From: the human T2T-CHM13v2.0 reference genome, Homo sapiens
DNA length: 64,000 bases
Direction: 5' to 3' (one strand)
Assembly (NCBI RefSeq): GCF_009914755.1
Contig: NC_060926.1
Shown piece after piece: positions 14,468 through 29,678 of this stretch. Positions within the stretch are counted from its first letter, which is position 1, and every line of letters starts with the position of its first letter. A program made the position numbers and the translations under genes. The notes beneath the pieces are model-generated. The model was not told the DNA's origin. It saw only the letters and a list, made by a program, of their open reading frames with translations, and did not search any database.

Positions 14468-16329
14468 ATCTGCATACGCAAGAAGCCTCAGTACTCAGTG
14501 CAAGGAGTCAGTAATGATAAAAAGAATAAAGGTTCAAAATTAGAGATCTGCACAGTACCTTGCCAGTCTCCCTATACTTCAGTCTTTCTCCCTAGGATGT
14601 CGGTCCAGCAGTGTGCCGTATGCTGTCATTGTGGTTTCCAGTCCCATCTCCTCCACTGTGGACATTTTTACTGCTAGCAAACCAGGTATCACCTACTATG
14701 TTTGCCCTACTTGGTTAACTCCAAGTGGCTGTGAGTAGGTGAGGGCTTAGGCCAGCAGGGATAGAAGAGCCATTACTGGAAAACATTTCCATGTCAGAAA
14801 GCCCTGAAGAGAGGGCAGCAGGGGGAGATGGAACTTGTCTGTGCCATGGGGGGAAAAAGGGGTATCTGAGTGTTTGGAATCAGTTAGGATTAATTGCTTA
14901 CTCCTCTGATTGCTTCTTGTGTGACCTTGGGTGAATCACATGGTTTTTTTTTTGGATGAGTTTTCTCCTCTATAAATCTGTAGAATACAGATGACATTTG
15001 CCTTACAGAATTGATCTTACGATTGAAAATTTTCATGTGCTTTATTTTTTAATTTTTAATTTTTTGTGGATACATAGTAGATGTATGTATTTATGGGATA
15101 CATGAGATGTTTTGATACAGGCATATAATGCTTAATAATCACATGAGGGTAAATGGGTTATCCATTACCTAAAGCATTTATTCTTTCTTTGGTCACAGAC
15201 AGTGCAATTTTACTCTTTTAGTTATTTTAACATGTACGATAAATTATTGTTGCTGTAGTCACCCTGTTAGCTATCAAATACTAGATCTTATTCATTCTAT
15301 CTAACTATATTTTTGTACCCATTAATCATACCTCCTACCACTATCCTTCCTACCTTCTGATAACCACCATTCTACTCTCTATCTCCATGAGTTCAATTTT
15401 TTTAAATTTTTAGTACAAGTAAGTGAGAATGTGCAGTTTGTCTTTCTGTTCATGGCTTATTTCACTTAACATAATGTCCTCCAGCTTTATCCATGTTGTT
15501 GCAAATGACAGGATTTCATTCTTTTTTGTCTGAATAGTACTCCATTGTGTATATGTACCACATTTTCTTTATCAACTTGTCTGTTGATGGACACTTAGGT
15601 TGCTTCCAAATCTTGGCTACTGTGAATAGTACTGCAGTAAACATGGGAGTGCAGATATCTCTTCAATACGCTGATTTCTTTTCTTTTGGGTATATAACAG
15701 CAGGATTGCTGGATCATATGGTAGTTCTATTTTTAGTTTTTTGAGGATCCTCCAAACTGTTCTCATAGTGGTTGTACTAATTTACATTCCCACCAACAGT
15801 GTATAGGGTTCCCACCAACAGTGTATGAGGGTTCCCTTTTCTCCATATCTTTGCCAGCATTCCTTATTGCCTGCCTTTTGGATAAGAGCTATTTTAACTG
15901 GGGCTAAATGATACCTCATTGTAGTTTTGATTTGCATTTCTCTGATGATCATTGATGTTGAACACCTTTCCATATGCCTGTTTGCCATTTGTATGTCTTC
16001 TTTTGAGAAATGTCTTTTCACACCTTTTGCCCATTTTTAATCAGATTATTAGATTGTTTTCCTATTGAGTTGTTTGAGCTCCGTATATATTCTAGCTATT
16101 AATCCCTTGTCAGATGGATAGCAGATATTTTCTCCCATTCTGTGCATTGTCTCTTCACTTAGTTGACTGTTTCTTTTGCTGTGCAAAAGCTTTTTAACTT
16201 GATATGATCTAATTTGTCTATTTTTGCTTTGGTTGCCTGTGCCTGTGGATATTACTCAAGAAATATTTGCCCAGAACAATGTCCTAGAAAGTTTCTCCAG
16301 TGTTTTCTTTTATTAGTTTCACAGTTTGA

Positions 16330-16654
<325 letters not shown>

Positions 16655-18583
16655 CAGAGTTTGAGGTCTTAGATTGAAGTATTTAATTTATTTTGATTTG
16701 ATTTTTGTATATGGCAAGAAAGAGGGGTCTAGTTTTATTATTCTGCATATGGCTATCCAGTTTTCCCAGTGCCATTTATTGAAGAGACTATATTTTCTCC
16801 AATGTATGTTCTTGGCACCATTGTTTTAAATGAGTTTAAAATGAGTTTATACTGTAGATGTATAGATTTGTTTCTGGGTTCTCCATTCTGTTCCATTGGT
16901 CTGTATGTCTGTTTTTATGCCAGTACCATGCTGTTTTGCTTACCATAGCTCTGTAGTATAATTTGAAGTCAGATGAAGTGATTTTTCCAGTTTTGTTCCT
17001 TTTGTTCAGGATAGCTTTGGCTATACTGGGTCTTTTGTGATTCCATATAAATTTTAGGACTATTATTTCTATCTCTGCGAAGAACATCATTGGTATTTTG
17101 ATAGGCATTGCATTGAATCCATAGATTGCTTTGAGTTAGTATGGACATTTTAACAGTATCGATTCTTCCAATCCATGAATATGGGATATCTTTGCATTTT
17201 TTGGTGTCCTCTTCAATTTCTTGCATCAGTGGTTTATAGTTTTCATTGTAGAGATCTTTCACTTCTTTTTCAGATTGTTTAGTGTTGTCATATAGAAATA
17301 CTACTGATTTTTGTATGTTGATTTTGTATCCTGCAACTTTACTCAATTTGTTTGTCAGTTCTAATAGCTTTCTTGTGGAGTCTTTAGGTTTTTCCAAATA
17401 TAAGATCATATCATCTGCAAACAAGGATAATTTGACTCCTTATTTTCCAATTTGATGACTTTTTTTTTCTTGTTTTATTGCTGTAGCTAGAACTTCCAGT
17501 ACTCTGTTAAATAACAGTGGTGAAACTGGGCATCCTTGTCTTGTTTTAAATCTTAGAGGAAAGGCTTTCAGCTTTTCCCTGTTCAGTATGATACTAGCTA
17601 TGGATCTGTTATATATGGCTTTTATTGTGTTGAAGTATGTTCCTTGTATTCCCGGTTTTTTAAGGATTTTTATCATGAGGGGATGTTGAATTTTATCAAA
17701 TGCTTTCCAGCCTCAATTAAAATAATCAGATGGTTTTTGTCTTTCAGTTGATGTGATATATTACACTGATTGATTTGTGATTGACTTGCATGCTTGCATT
17801 CCTGGGATAAATCCCACTTGGTCATGAGATAATCTTGTTAAATGAATTGTTGAATTCAATTTGCTAGTATTTTGTTGAGGTTTTTGCGTCAGTGTTCATC
17901 AGGACATTGACTTGTAGCTTTTTCTGATATGTCTTTTTCTGGTTTTGCTATCAGAGTAATACTGGCCTTGCAGAATGAATTTGGAAATATTTCTTTCTCC
18001 TTTATTTTTTGGAGTAGTTTCAGTAGGATAGGTTTTAGTTCTTCTTTAAATGTTTTATAAAATTCAGCAGTGAAGCCATAGGGTCCTGGGCTTTTTTTCT
18101 TTGCTAGGAGACTTTTTATTATGGCCTTGATCTCATTACTTGTTATTGGTCTGTTTAGGTTTTGGATTTCTTGATGATTCAATCTTGGTAGGTTGTATGT
18201 GTCTAGGAATGTATCCATTTCTTCTAGCTTTTCCAGTTTGTTGGCATTTAATTGCTTATGATAGTCTCTAATGATCCTCTGAATTTCTGTGATATCAGTT
18301 GTAACGTCTCCTTTTTCATCTCTGATTTTATTTGTGTCTTCTCTCTTTTTCTCTTTAGTCTGGCTAAAGGTTTATTGATTTTGTTTATAATTTCAAAAAA
18401 TCACCTTTTTGTTCCATTGACCTTTTGTATTGCTTCCTTCATTTTGATTCAACTTATTTCTGCTCCGATCTTTATTATTTCTTTTCTTTTACTATTTTGG
18501 ATTTAGTTTGCTTTTGCTTTCCTAGTTCTTTAATATGCACTGATTAGGTTATATGAAGTATTTCTAATTTTTTGATGTAGGCT

Positions 18584-20741
18584 TGTATTAGTCTGTTTTC
18601 ACACTGCTGATAAAGACATATCTGAGACTGGGAAGAAAAAGAGGTTTAATTGGACTTACAGTTCCATATGCCTGGGGAAGTCTCAGAATCTGGTGGGAGG
18701 CCAAAGGCACTTTTTACATGGTGGCAGCAAGAGAAAATGAGGAAGAAGCAAAAGCAGAAACTTCTAATAAACCCATCAGATCTCGTGAGACTTACTCACT
18801 ATGACAAGAATAGCGTGGGAAAGACCGACCCCCATGATTGAATTACTTCCCCCTCCCACAACACATGGGAATTCTGGGAGATACAATTCAAGTTGAGATT
18901 TGGGTGGCGACACAGCCAAACCATATCATTCCACCCCTGGCCCCTCCAAATCTCATATCCTCACATTTCAAAACCAATCATGCCTTCCCAACAGTCCCCC
19001 AAAGTCTTAACTCATTTTAGCATTAACCCAAAAGTCCACAGTCCAGTCTCATTTGAGTCAAGGCAAGTCCCTTCTCCCTATGAGTCTGTAAAATCAAAAG
19101 CAAGCTAATTACTTCCTAGATACAGTGGGGGTACAGGTATTGGGTAAATACAGCCGTTCCAAATGGGAGAAATTGGCCAAAACAAAGGGGTTATAGAGCC
19201 CATTCAAGTCTGAAATCCAGTTGGGCAGTCAAATTTTAAAGCTCCAAAATGATCTCCTTTGACTCCGGGTCTCATATCCAGGTCATGCTGATAAAATGAC
19301 CTGGTACACAGTGTAAACTGTTGGTGGATCTGCCATTCTGGGGTGTGGAGGACGGTGGCCCTCCTCTCACGGCTGCACTAGGCAGTGCCCCAGTAGGGAC
19401 TCTGTGTGGGGACTCTGGCCCCACATTTCACTTCCACACTTCCCTAGCAGAGGTTCTCCATGAGGGCCCTGCCCCTGCAGCAAACTTTTGCCTGGGCATC
19501 CAGGCATTTCCATACATCTTCTGAAATCTAGATGGAGGCCCCCAAACCTCAATTCTTGACTTCTGTGCACCCACAGGCTCAACACCATGTGGAAGCTGCC
19601 AAGGCTTGGGGTTTCCACACTCTGAAGCCACGGCCTAAGCTCTACATTTGCCCCTTTCAGCCACAGCTGGAGCAGCTGAGACACAGGGTACCAAGTCCCT
19701 AGGCTGCACACAGCACAGGGACCCTGGGCCTGGCCTATGAAACCACTTTTTCTTCCTGAGCCTCCAGGCCTGTTATGGAAGGGACTGCTGTGAAGACCTC
19801 TGACATGGCCTAGAGACATTTTCCCCATGGTCTTGGGGATTAACATTAGGCTTCTTGCTACTTATGCAAATTTCTACAGCCAGCATTAATTTCTCCCCAG
19901 AAAATGGGTTTTTCTTTTCTATCGCATAGTCAGGCTGCAAATATTCTGAACTTTTATGCTGTTTCCCTTTTAAAACTGAATGCAGTACCCAAGTGACCTC
20001 TTGAATGCTTTGCTGCTTAGAAATTTTTTCTGCCAGATATGCTAAATCATCTTTCTCAAGTTCAAAGTTCCACAAATCTCTAGGGCAGGGGCAAAATGCC
20101 ACTAGTCTCTTTGCTGAAACATAACAAGAGTCACCTTTGCTCCAGTTCCCGAGTTCCTCATCCCCACCTGAGACCACCTCAGCCTGGACCTTTTTGTGCA
20201 TATCACTATCAGCATTTTGGGCAAAGCCATTCAGCAAGTCTGTAGGAAGTTCCAAACTTTCCCACATTTTCCTGACTTCTTCTGAGCTCTCCAAACTGTT
20301 CCAACCTGTGCCTGTCATCCAGTTACAAAGTCGCTTCCACATTTTCGGGTATCTTTTCAGCAACACCCCACTCTGCTGGTACCAATGTACTGTATTAGTC
20401 TGTTTTCACACTGCTGATAAAGACATACCCGAGAATGGGAAGAAAAAGAGGTTTAATTGGACTTACAGTTCCATATGGCTGGGGAGGCCTCAGAATCATG
20501 GCAGGAGGTGAAAGGCACATCTTACATGGTGACAGCAAGAGAAAATGAAGAAACAAATGCAGAAACCCCTGATAAACTCATCAGATCTTGTGAGACTTTT
20601 TCACTATCATGAGAATAGCACAGGAAAGACTGGCCGCCATGACTCAATTACCTCCCTCTGGGTCCCTACCACAACATGTGGGAATTCCGGGAGGTACAAT
20701 TCAAGTTGAGATTTGGGTGGCGACACAGCCAAACCATATCA
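18584..20741 (-). mobile_element. Complete THE1C-type MaLR provirus (LTR 18584-18928, internal, LTR 20391-20741)
   Basis: Two homologous LTRs tgtattagtc...aaaccatatca; 5-bp TSD AGGCT at 18579-18583 and 20742-20746. Confidence 0.92.
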
Positions 20742-20896
20742 AGGCTCTTTTTGCTATAAACTTTCCTCTTAGTTTGCTTTTGCTATATCCCATAGGTTTT
20801 GGTATGTTGTATTTCCCTTATCATTTGTTTCAATACATTTTTAAATTTCCTTCTTAATGTTTTCTTCGACCCACTGGTCATTCAGGAGCATATTGT

Positions 20897-21053
20897 GTTT
20901 TTGCTTGTTTGTTTTTGTTATTGTTGTTGTTTTGTAGAGACAGGGTCTCACTGTGTTGCCCAGGCTGCTCTTGAACTCCTGGACTGAAGCAATCCTCCTG
21001 ACTCAGGTTTCCCAAAGTGCTGGGATTACAGGTATGAGCCACTGCACCTGGCC
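20897..21053 (-). mobile_element. Alu monomer (FLAM-like) inserted in the L1
   Basis: Flanked by duplicated caggagcatattgt. Confidence 0.85.
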
Positions 21054-24000
21054 CAGGAGCATATTGTTTAATTTCCATGTGTTTGTGTAGTTTCCAATAT
21101 TCCTGTTGTTATTGATTTCTACTTTTATTTTACTGTGATCAGAAAAGATACTTGATATAAATTTATTTTATATAAATTTTTAAAGACTGTTTTTGTGGCC
21201 TAACATATGGTCTGTCCTATGATCCACATGCTAAGGAGAAGAATATGTATTCTTTAGCCTTCAGATAAAATGTTCTGTAAATATTTATTGGGTTTGTTTG
21301 GTCTACAGTGCAGATTAAGTCCTAGGTTTCTTTACTGACTTTCTGTCTGGACGATGTGTTCATTGCTGAAAGTGAGGTGTTGAAGTCTCTAGCTATTATT
21401 GTTTTGTGGTCTCTCTCTCTCTGTAGTGCAAACAATATTTGCTTTATGTATCTGGGTGCTCCAGTGCTTGGTGCATATATATTTGTAATTGTTACTGCCT
21501 CTTACTGAATTGACCCCTTTATCATTATAAAAATGACCTTCTTTGTCTCTTTTTATAGTTTTTGTCTTTAAATCTTTTTTGTCTGATATAAGTATAGCTA
21601 CTCCTGCTCTTTTTTGGTTTCCATTTGCATAGAATTTTTTTTTTTTCCATCCCTTTACTTTGTTTCTGTGTGTGTCTTTATAGGTAAAGCGTGTTTCTTG
21701 TAGGCAACAGATCACGGGGCCTTTTTTTTTTTTTTTTTTAATCCATTCAACCACTTTATGTCTTTTGGTTGGAGAGTTTGGTCCATTTACATTCAGTGTT
21801 ATTGTTGATAAGTAATGACTTAATCCTGCCATTTTTAAAATTTGTTTTCTCGTTATTTTGTGGTCTTCTCTTCCTTCTTCCTTCCTGTCTTCCTTTTAGT
21901 GAAATTGATTTTCTCTGGTGTTATGTTTTAATTTCCTGCCTTTTATTTTTTGTGTATCTGTTGTATGTTTTTTGATTTCTGGTTACCATAAGGCTTACAA
22001 AAAATATCTTATAACCTGTTATTTTAAACTGATGCCAAGTTGACACTGATTGCATAAACAGACAAACAAATAGGCAAAGAGAAAACTAGTGGAAACTCTC
22101 TACACTTTAACTTTATCCCCCGCTTTTTAACTTTTTGTTGTTTATATTTGTATCTTATACTGCTTATCTCTTGCAAAGTTGTTGTAGTTATTATTTTTGA
22201 TAGCTTCATATTTTAGTCTTTCTAGTCAAGATATGAGTAGTTTACAGACAATTACACTGTTATAATATTCTGTGTTTTTCTGTGTGCTTACTATTACCAG
22301 TAAGTTTTGTACCTTCAGATCATTTCTTATTGCTCATTAATGTCTTTTTCTTTCAGATTGAAGAACTCCCTTTAGCATTTCTTGTAGGACAGGTATAGTG
22401 TTGATGACATTTTTTAGCTTTTGTTTGTCTGGGAAAATCTTTATTACTCCTTCATGCTTGAAGGATATTTTTGCTGGATATACTATTCTAAGATAAAAGT
22501 TTTTTTCCTTTAGCACTTTAAATATATCGTGACACTCTATTCTGGCCTGTAAGGTTTCCACTAAGAAGTCTGCTGCCAGACATATTGGATCTCCTTTGTA
22601 TGATATTTGTTCCTTTTCTCTTGCTACTTTTAGGATCTTTTTAAAATCCTTGACTTTTGGGAGTTTGATTATTAAATGTCTTGAGGTAATCTTCTTTGGG
22701 TTAAATGTGCTTGATATCCTATAACCTTCTTGTACTTAAATATTGATATCTTTCTCTAGGTTTGAGAAGTTTTCTGTTATCCCTTTGAATAATCTTTCTA
22801 CAATCTGTCCCTCTACTTCCTCTTTAAGAACAATAACTTTTAGATTTGCCCCTTTGAAGCTATTTTCTAGATCTTTTAAGTGTGCTTCATTGCTTTTTAT
22901 TCTTTATTCTCTTGTCTCCTCTGACTGTGTATTTCAAATAGCCTGTCTTCAAGCTGACTAATTCTTTCTTGTGCTTGATCAATTCATTAAGAGACTCTGA
23001 TGTATTTTTCAGTATGTCAATTGCATTTTTCGCTCCAGAATTTCTGCTTGGGTCTTTTAAATTATTTCAGCATCTTTCTTAATTTTATTCTATTATTGAA
23101 TTCTGTTGTGCTTCCTCAAAACACTTATTTTGAATTCTCTGTCTGAAAGGACACATATCTCTATCTCTCTGGGATTGGTCACTGGTGTCTTATTTAGCTT
23201 GTTTGGTGAGGTCATGTTTTCATGGATGGTCTTGAAGTTTGTGGATATTCTTCAGTGTCTGGGCATTGAAGAGTTAGGTATTTGTTGTAGTCTTCACAGT
23301 TTGGGCTTGTTTGTCCGCATCCTTCTTGGGAAGGCTTTCCAACTATTAGAAGGGATTTGGGTGTTGTGATCTAAGTCTTTGTTCACTGCAGCCATACCTG
23401 CATTAGGGGGCACCTCCAGCCCAGTAATGCTGTGTCTCTTGCCTTGGTTGTCTTGGGTAAGATCTGGGAGAATTCCCTGGATTACTAGGTGGAGACTCTT
23501 GTTCTCTTCTTTTACTTTCACTCAAACAAATGGACACTATGTCTCTGTGCTGAGCTGCCTGGAGCTGGAGAAGGGATGATGACACAAGCACCCCTGTGGC
23601 GACTACCACTGGGACAGCTCTGTGTCAGACCTGAAGCCAACACAGCACTGGGGCTCACCCAAGGCCTATGATGATCACTGCCTGGCTACCACCTGTGTTC
23701 ACTCAAGGTCCAAGGACTCTCCAATCAGCAGGTGGCATATCCAGCCAGGCATCTTCCCTTCAGGGCAGTGAGTTCACTGTGACCCCAAGTAGGTCCAGAG
23801 ATGCCAACTGGGAGCCAGGGCCTGGAGTCAGGAACCTTAGGAATCTACCTGGTGTTCTACCCTAGAGTGGCCAATCTGGTACCCAAGTTGTAAGACAAAG
23901 TCTTCTTACTCTTCTCTCTCCTTTCCTCAAGCAGAAAGAGTCTCTCCTCATAGCCACCCACCTGGGAATGTGCTGGGTCACATCTGAAGCCAGCATGTCT

Positions 24001-25226
24001 CTGAGTCTCATCCAAGGCACACAACAAGTACTGCCTGGATACCACTGCTGATTATTCAGGGCCCAAGGGCTTTTTAGTCAGCAGCTGGTGAATCCTGCCA
24101 GGACTGGATCCTTCCCTTCAAGGCAGTGGGCTTTCTTCCTGCTTGAAGTGTGTTTTCAAATGTCATCTGGGAGTTAGGGCCTGGAATGGGGGCCTCACAG
24201 CTGTGTCTGGTGCCCCATCCTACTGTGGCTGAGCCAGTATCAAAGTTGCAAGAGAAAGTCCTCTTTACTCTATCCTTTTCTCTCCTAAGCAGGAGGAAGG
24301 AGTCTCTGCAAGGGCTGTGAGCTGTGCTGCCTGAGACTGGGGGAAGTGTGGTGTAAGCATTCCCTTAGCAGCCCTGGCTGGTATCTCACTAGGTGATATG
24401 CTCCCCAAGTCCATTGGCTCCAAGACCAGCACAGCACCAGGATTTGCCTAGGAATTGCAGTCCTTGTGGCCTAGACTGCCTTTCAAGTTTATTTAGGAAC
24501 CCAGAGCACTTTAACCCACAGTGGAAGGGCTTGCCAGAACTCAGGTTCCAACTGCTGGGATGAGCTATTCCCCTCTGGCTAAGGCTGGCCTAAATGCTCC
24601 TTCTGTGGGCACCGGCTGAGTTCTGCCTCGTATTGCTTTCCACTGTGTCAGGGCAGCACTGGGTTCCAATGCAAAGTTTCACAATCACTGTGTTCTCCCT
24701 CCCTCTTCCCTTCCCTCTTCAGTGCCTGTTTTCTTAATATGATGTTAAAATCAGGTACTGTGATCGCTTACCTGATTTTTGGTTCTTATGAAGGTGCTTT
24801 TTTGTGTAGCTAGTTCTTCAATTTGGTGTTCCTTCAGCAGGGACAATTGCTGAAGGCTTCTATTTGATCATCTTGCTCTGCCTCCCTCTTTTCATGTACT
24901 TTATATCACTTGGTTTTCCAAATACTTTATGAGGTAAATGTTATAACCTACATTTTAGGAATGGAAAAAATAGAAGCTCAAGAAGGTTGAAGAATTTGCC
25001 CAAAGTCGCATTGCTAGAAAGTAGCAGAGATGGGATCTAAACTCCAAATCTAGTGTTTTTTCCACCGAATGAATACAGGCCCAGATTTGTATATTGAATA
25101 CAGCATTTACAGGCATACCTCAGAGATACTATTGAGTTCAGTTCAACACCACTGCAATAAAGCTAATATCACAATAAAGCAAGTCACATGAGTTTTCTGG
25201 TTTCCCAGTGCATATAAAGTTATGTT

Positions 25227-26592
25227 GGCTGGGAGTGATGGCACATATCTGTAATCCCAACACTTTGGGAGGCCAAGGCAGGCAGATTGCTTGAGCCTAG
25301 GAGTTTGAGATCAGCATTGGCAACATGCTGAAACCTTGTCCCTACAAAAAATACAAAAATTAGCTGATCATGGTGGCATGTGCCTGTAGTCCCAGCTACT
25401 CGGGAGGCTGAGGTGGGAGGGTGGATTGAGACTGGGAGGTCGGAGCTGCAGTGAGCCAAGATTGCACCACTGGACAAGGCTGGGCAACAGAGTGTGTTGC
25501 AGGAAGTCAGGGACCCCAAACAGAGAGACCGGCTGAAACCATGGCAGAAGAACGTGGATTGTGAAGATTTTATGGGCATTTATTAGTTCCCCAAATGAAT
25601 ACTTTTGTAATTTCTTATGCCTGTCTTTACTGCAGTCTCTAAACATAAATTGTAAAGATTTCATGGACACTTACCACTTCCCCAGTCAATACCCTTGTGA
25701 TTTCCTATGCCCGTCTTTACTTTAATCTCTTAATCCTGTCAGCCGAGGAGGATGTATGTTGCCTCAGGACTATGTGATAATTGCATTAACTGCACAAATT
25801 GTACAGCATGTGTGTTTGTGCAATATGAAATCTGAGCACCTTGAAAAACAGGATAACAGCAATTGTTCAGGGAGTAAGAGAGATAACCTTAAACTCTGAC
25901 TGCTGGTGAGCCAGGCAGAACAGAGCCATATTTCTCTTGTTTCAAAAGCAAATGGGAGAAATATTGCTGAATTCTTTTTCTCAGCATGGAACGTCCCTGA
26001 GAAAGAGAATGCGCACGTAGGGGTAGCTCTCTGAACTGGCCCCCCAGGGCGTACCTGTTTCTTATGGTTGAGACTGCAGGGGTGAAATAAACTCCAGTCT
26101 CCCATAGCGCTCCAAGGCTTATTAGGAAGAGGAAATTCCTGCTTAATAAATTTTGGTCAGACCGGTTGATCTCAAAACCCTGTCTCCTGATAAGATGTTA
26201 TCAATGACAATGGTGCCCGAAACTTCATTAGCAATTTTAATTTCGCCTGGGTCCTGTGGTCCTGTGATCTCGCCCTGCCTCCACTTGCCTTGTGATATTC
26301 TATTACCCTGTTAAGTACTTGATGTCTGTCACCCACACCTATTTGCACACTCCCTCCCCTTTTGAAAATCCCTAATAAAAACTTGCTGGTTTTTGTGGCT
26401 TGTGGGGCATCACAGATCCTACCAACGTGTGATGTCTCCCCCAGATGCCCAGCTTTAAAATTTCTCTCTTTTGTACACTGTCCCTTTATTTCTCAAGCCA
26501 GCCGACACTTAGGAAAATAGAAAAGAACCTACGTGATTATCGGGGCAGGTCCCCCAGTAAGAGTGAGACCTTGTCTCAAAAACAAACAGACA
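25227..26592 (+). mobile_element. AluJ inside Tigger1, itself split by a MER11 LTR
   Basis: Alu body 25227-25494 resumes at 26560 (agagtgagaccttgtctcaaa). Confidence 0.88.
25495..26559 (+). mobile_element. MER11 (MER11C-like) solo LTR, HERV-K(HML-8) family
   Basis: Starts tgttgcaggaagtcagggaccccaaac, ends ...ggtcccccagta; 6-bp TSD AGAGTG at 25489-25494 and 26560-26565; AATAAA near 26374. Confidence 0.88.
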
Positions 26593-27475
26593 ATAATTAT
26601 GTTTACACTATACTGTAGTCTATTAAGTGTGCAATAGCATTATGTATAAAATAACAATGTATATACCTTAATTTTAAAAATACTTTATTGCTAAAAAAAA
26701 AAAAAAAGCTAATGATCATCTGAGCCTTCTATGAGTCATAATCTTTTTGCTGCTGGAAGGTCTTGCCTCAATGTTGATGGCCACTGTTGATCAGGATGGT
26801 GGTTGCTGAAGCTTAGGGTAGCTGTGACAGTTTCTTAAAGTAAGACCACATTGACATTTGCTACATCAGTGGACTCTTTCTTTCACGAAAAATTTCTTTG
26901 TGGCGTGTGATGCTCTTTGATAGTATTTTACCCACATTAGAACTTCTTTCAAAATTAGAGTCAATCCTCTCAAACTCTGCTGCTGCTTTACCAACTAAGT
27001 TTATGTAATATTCTAAGTCCTTTATTTTCATCTCAACATGTTCACAGCGTGTTCAGGAGTAGTTTCCATCTTAAGAAACAACTTTCATTGTTCATCCGTA
27101 AGAAGCAACTACTCATCTGTTCAAGTTTTATCATGAGATTGTAGCAATTTAGCCACATCTTCAGGTTCCACTTCTCATTCTAATTCTCCTGCTATGTCCA
27201 CCATATCTGCAGTTACATCCTCCACTGAAGTCCTGAACCTTTCAAAGTTATCCATGAGGGTTGGAATCAATTTCTTCTGAACTCCTGTTAGTATTGATAT
27301 TTTGGCCTCCTCCCATGAATTTCTGATGTTCTAATGGCATCTATAAAGGTGAGTCCTCTCTAGCAGGTTTTCAGTTGACTTTGCCCAGATCCATCAGAGG
27401 AATCATTATCTATGGCAGGCATAGCCTTACAAAATGTATTTCCTGAATAAGACTTGAAAGTTAAACTTATTCCTT

Positions 27476-27790
27476 GGCTGGGCGTGGTGGTTTACACCTG
27501 TAGTCCCAGCACTTTGGGAGGCCAAGACAGGTGGATTGCTTGAGTCCAGAAGTTCAAGACCAGCCGGGACAACATAGCGAAACCCTGTCTCTATAAAAAA
27601 TACAAAAACTTGCCAGTCATAGTAGCACATGGCCTGTAGTCCCAGCTACTCAGGAGGCTGAGGTGGGAAGATCACTTGAGCCCAGGAGGTCGAGGCCCAG
27701 TGAGCCATGTCACTGCACTCCAGCCTGGGTGACAAAGCAGGACCCTGTCTCCAATGAATGAATGAATGAATCAGTGAATGAATCCATTCA
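27476..27790 (+). mobile_element. AluJ inside Tigger1 with (GAAT)n tail
   Basis: Dimeric Alu motifs. Confidence 0.88.
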
Positions 27791-29336
27791 TTCATCCATC
27801 CGTTCATCCATCCTAGAATGGATAATAGAAGTTGTGCTAGCGCACATGAAAACAGCATTCATCTCCTTGTACATCTCCGTCAGAGCTCTTGGGTGACCAA
27901 GTGCATTGTTAATGAGCAGTCATATTTTGATTTTTTTTCCTAAGCAGTAGGTCTCAACAGCAAGCTTAAAATATTCCATAAACCATGCTGTAAACAGAGG
28001 TGCTATCATTTAGGCTTTGTTGTTCTATTTATAAAGCATAGGCAGAATAGATTAAGCATAATTCTTAAGGGCTGTGTGGCTTTTTGGAATAGTAAATGAA
28101 CACTGGCTTCAACTTAAAAAGTCACCAGCTGCATTAGCCTCTAACAAGAGAGTCAGCCTGTCCTTTGAAGCTTTGAAGGCATTGGCTTCTCTCTAGCTAT
28201 GAAAGTCCTAGATGGCATCTTCTTCCAGTATAAGGCTGTTTTGTCTACATTGAAAATCTGTTGTTTAGCGTAGCTGCCTTCATCAGTGATCTTAGCTAGA
28301 TCTAGATAACTTGCTACAGCTTCTACATCAGCGCTTGCTGCTTTACTTGCACTTTTATGTTTATGGTGATGGCTTTTTTCCTTAAACCCCATGAATCAAC
28401 CTCTACTAGCTTCAAACTTTTCTTCTCCAGCTTCCTCACCTCTCTCAGTCTTCATAGAATTGAAGAGAGTTAGGGCCCTGCTCTGGATTAGGCTTTGGGT
28501 TAAGGGAATGTTGTTGCTGGTTTGATCTTGTATTCAGGCCACTTTCTCCTTATCAGCAGTAAGATTGTTTCACTTTCGTATCATTCATATGTTCACTGGA
28601 GTGGCACTCTTAATTTCCTTCAAGAACTTTTCCAAGTTGCATTCACCACTTGGTTAACTGTTTGGTGCAAGAGGCCTGACTTGCAACCTCTCTTGGCTTT
28701 CAATACGCCTTCCTCATGAAGGCTCATCATTTCTGGCTTTTGATTTAAAGTGAGAGATACCCTTCTTTTCGCTTCAACACTTAAAAGCCATTGTAAGGTT
28801 ATTAATTGGCCTAATTTTGATATTGTTGTGTCTCTGAGAATAGAGATGCTCAAGGAGAGGGGAAAAAGACAGGGAAAGGACAGTCACTGGAGCAGTCAGA
28901 GGACACATAGCATTTTTTTTATTAATTTTTTTTTTCAGAGCTCCACTCAAGAAAGAACACACACATTTATCTATTAAGTTTCCCATCTTATATGGGCATG
29001 GCTTGTGGCCCAAAACAATTACAATAGTAACATCAAAGATCACTAATTACAGATCAACATAACAGATATAATAAAGAAAAAGCTTGAAGTATTGTAAGAA
29101 TTACCAAAATGTGACGCAGAGACATTAGGTGAGCATGTGCTGCTGGAAAAATGGTGTCAATAGACTTGTTTAATGCAGAGTTGCCAACAAAGCTTCAATT
29201 TTTAAAAAAGCACAGTATCTGTAAAGCTCAACAGAGCAAAGCTTAATAAAACTACATATTCCTGCACATGGGAGATGTTCATATTTTCTTTGTATAGGAA
29301 ATGGGTATATGTTTGCAAATGCATAGAGCAATATAG

Positions 29337-29678
<342 letters not shown>

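Larger units (their letters stand above)
25110..29264 (-). mobile_element. Tigger1 (TcMar) DNA transposon, near full length, interrupted
   Basis: TIR caggcatacctc after TA; transposase remnant [25 protein letters not shown] (28153-28392, -); degenerate right TIR ...tattcctg. Confidence 0.9.

Noticed and set aside
19367-20366. 159-aa and 197-aa minus-strand ORFs
   Set aside because: Standard THE1/MaLR internal ORF remnants.
27753-27812. (GAAT)n followed by (CATT/CATC)n mini-hairpin
   Set aside because: Low-complexity Alu tail derivative; no sign of function.
28153-29043. Transposase-like peptides
   Set aside because: Broken Tigger1; no intact domesticated TIGD-like ORF.
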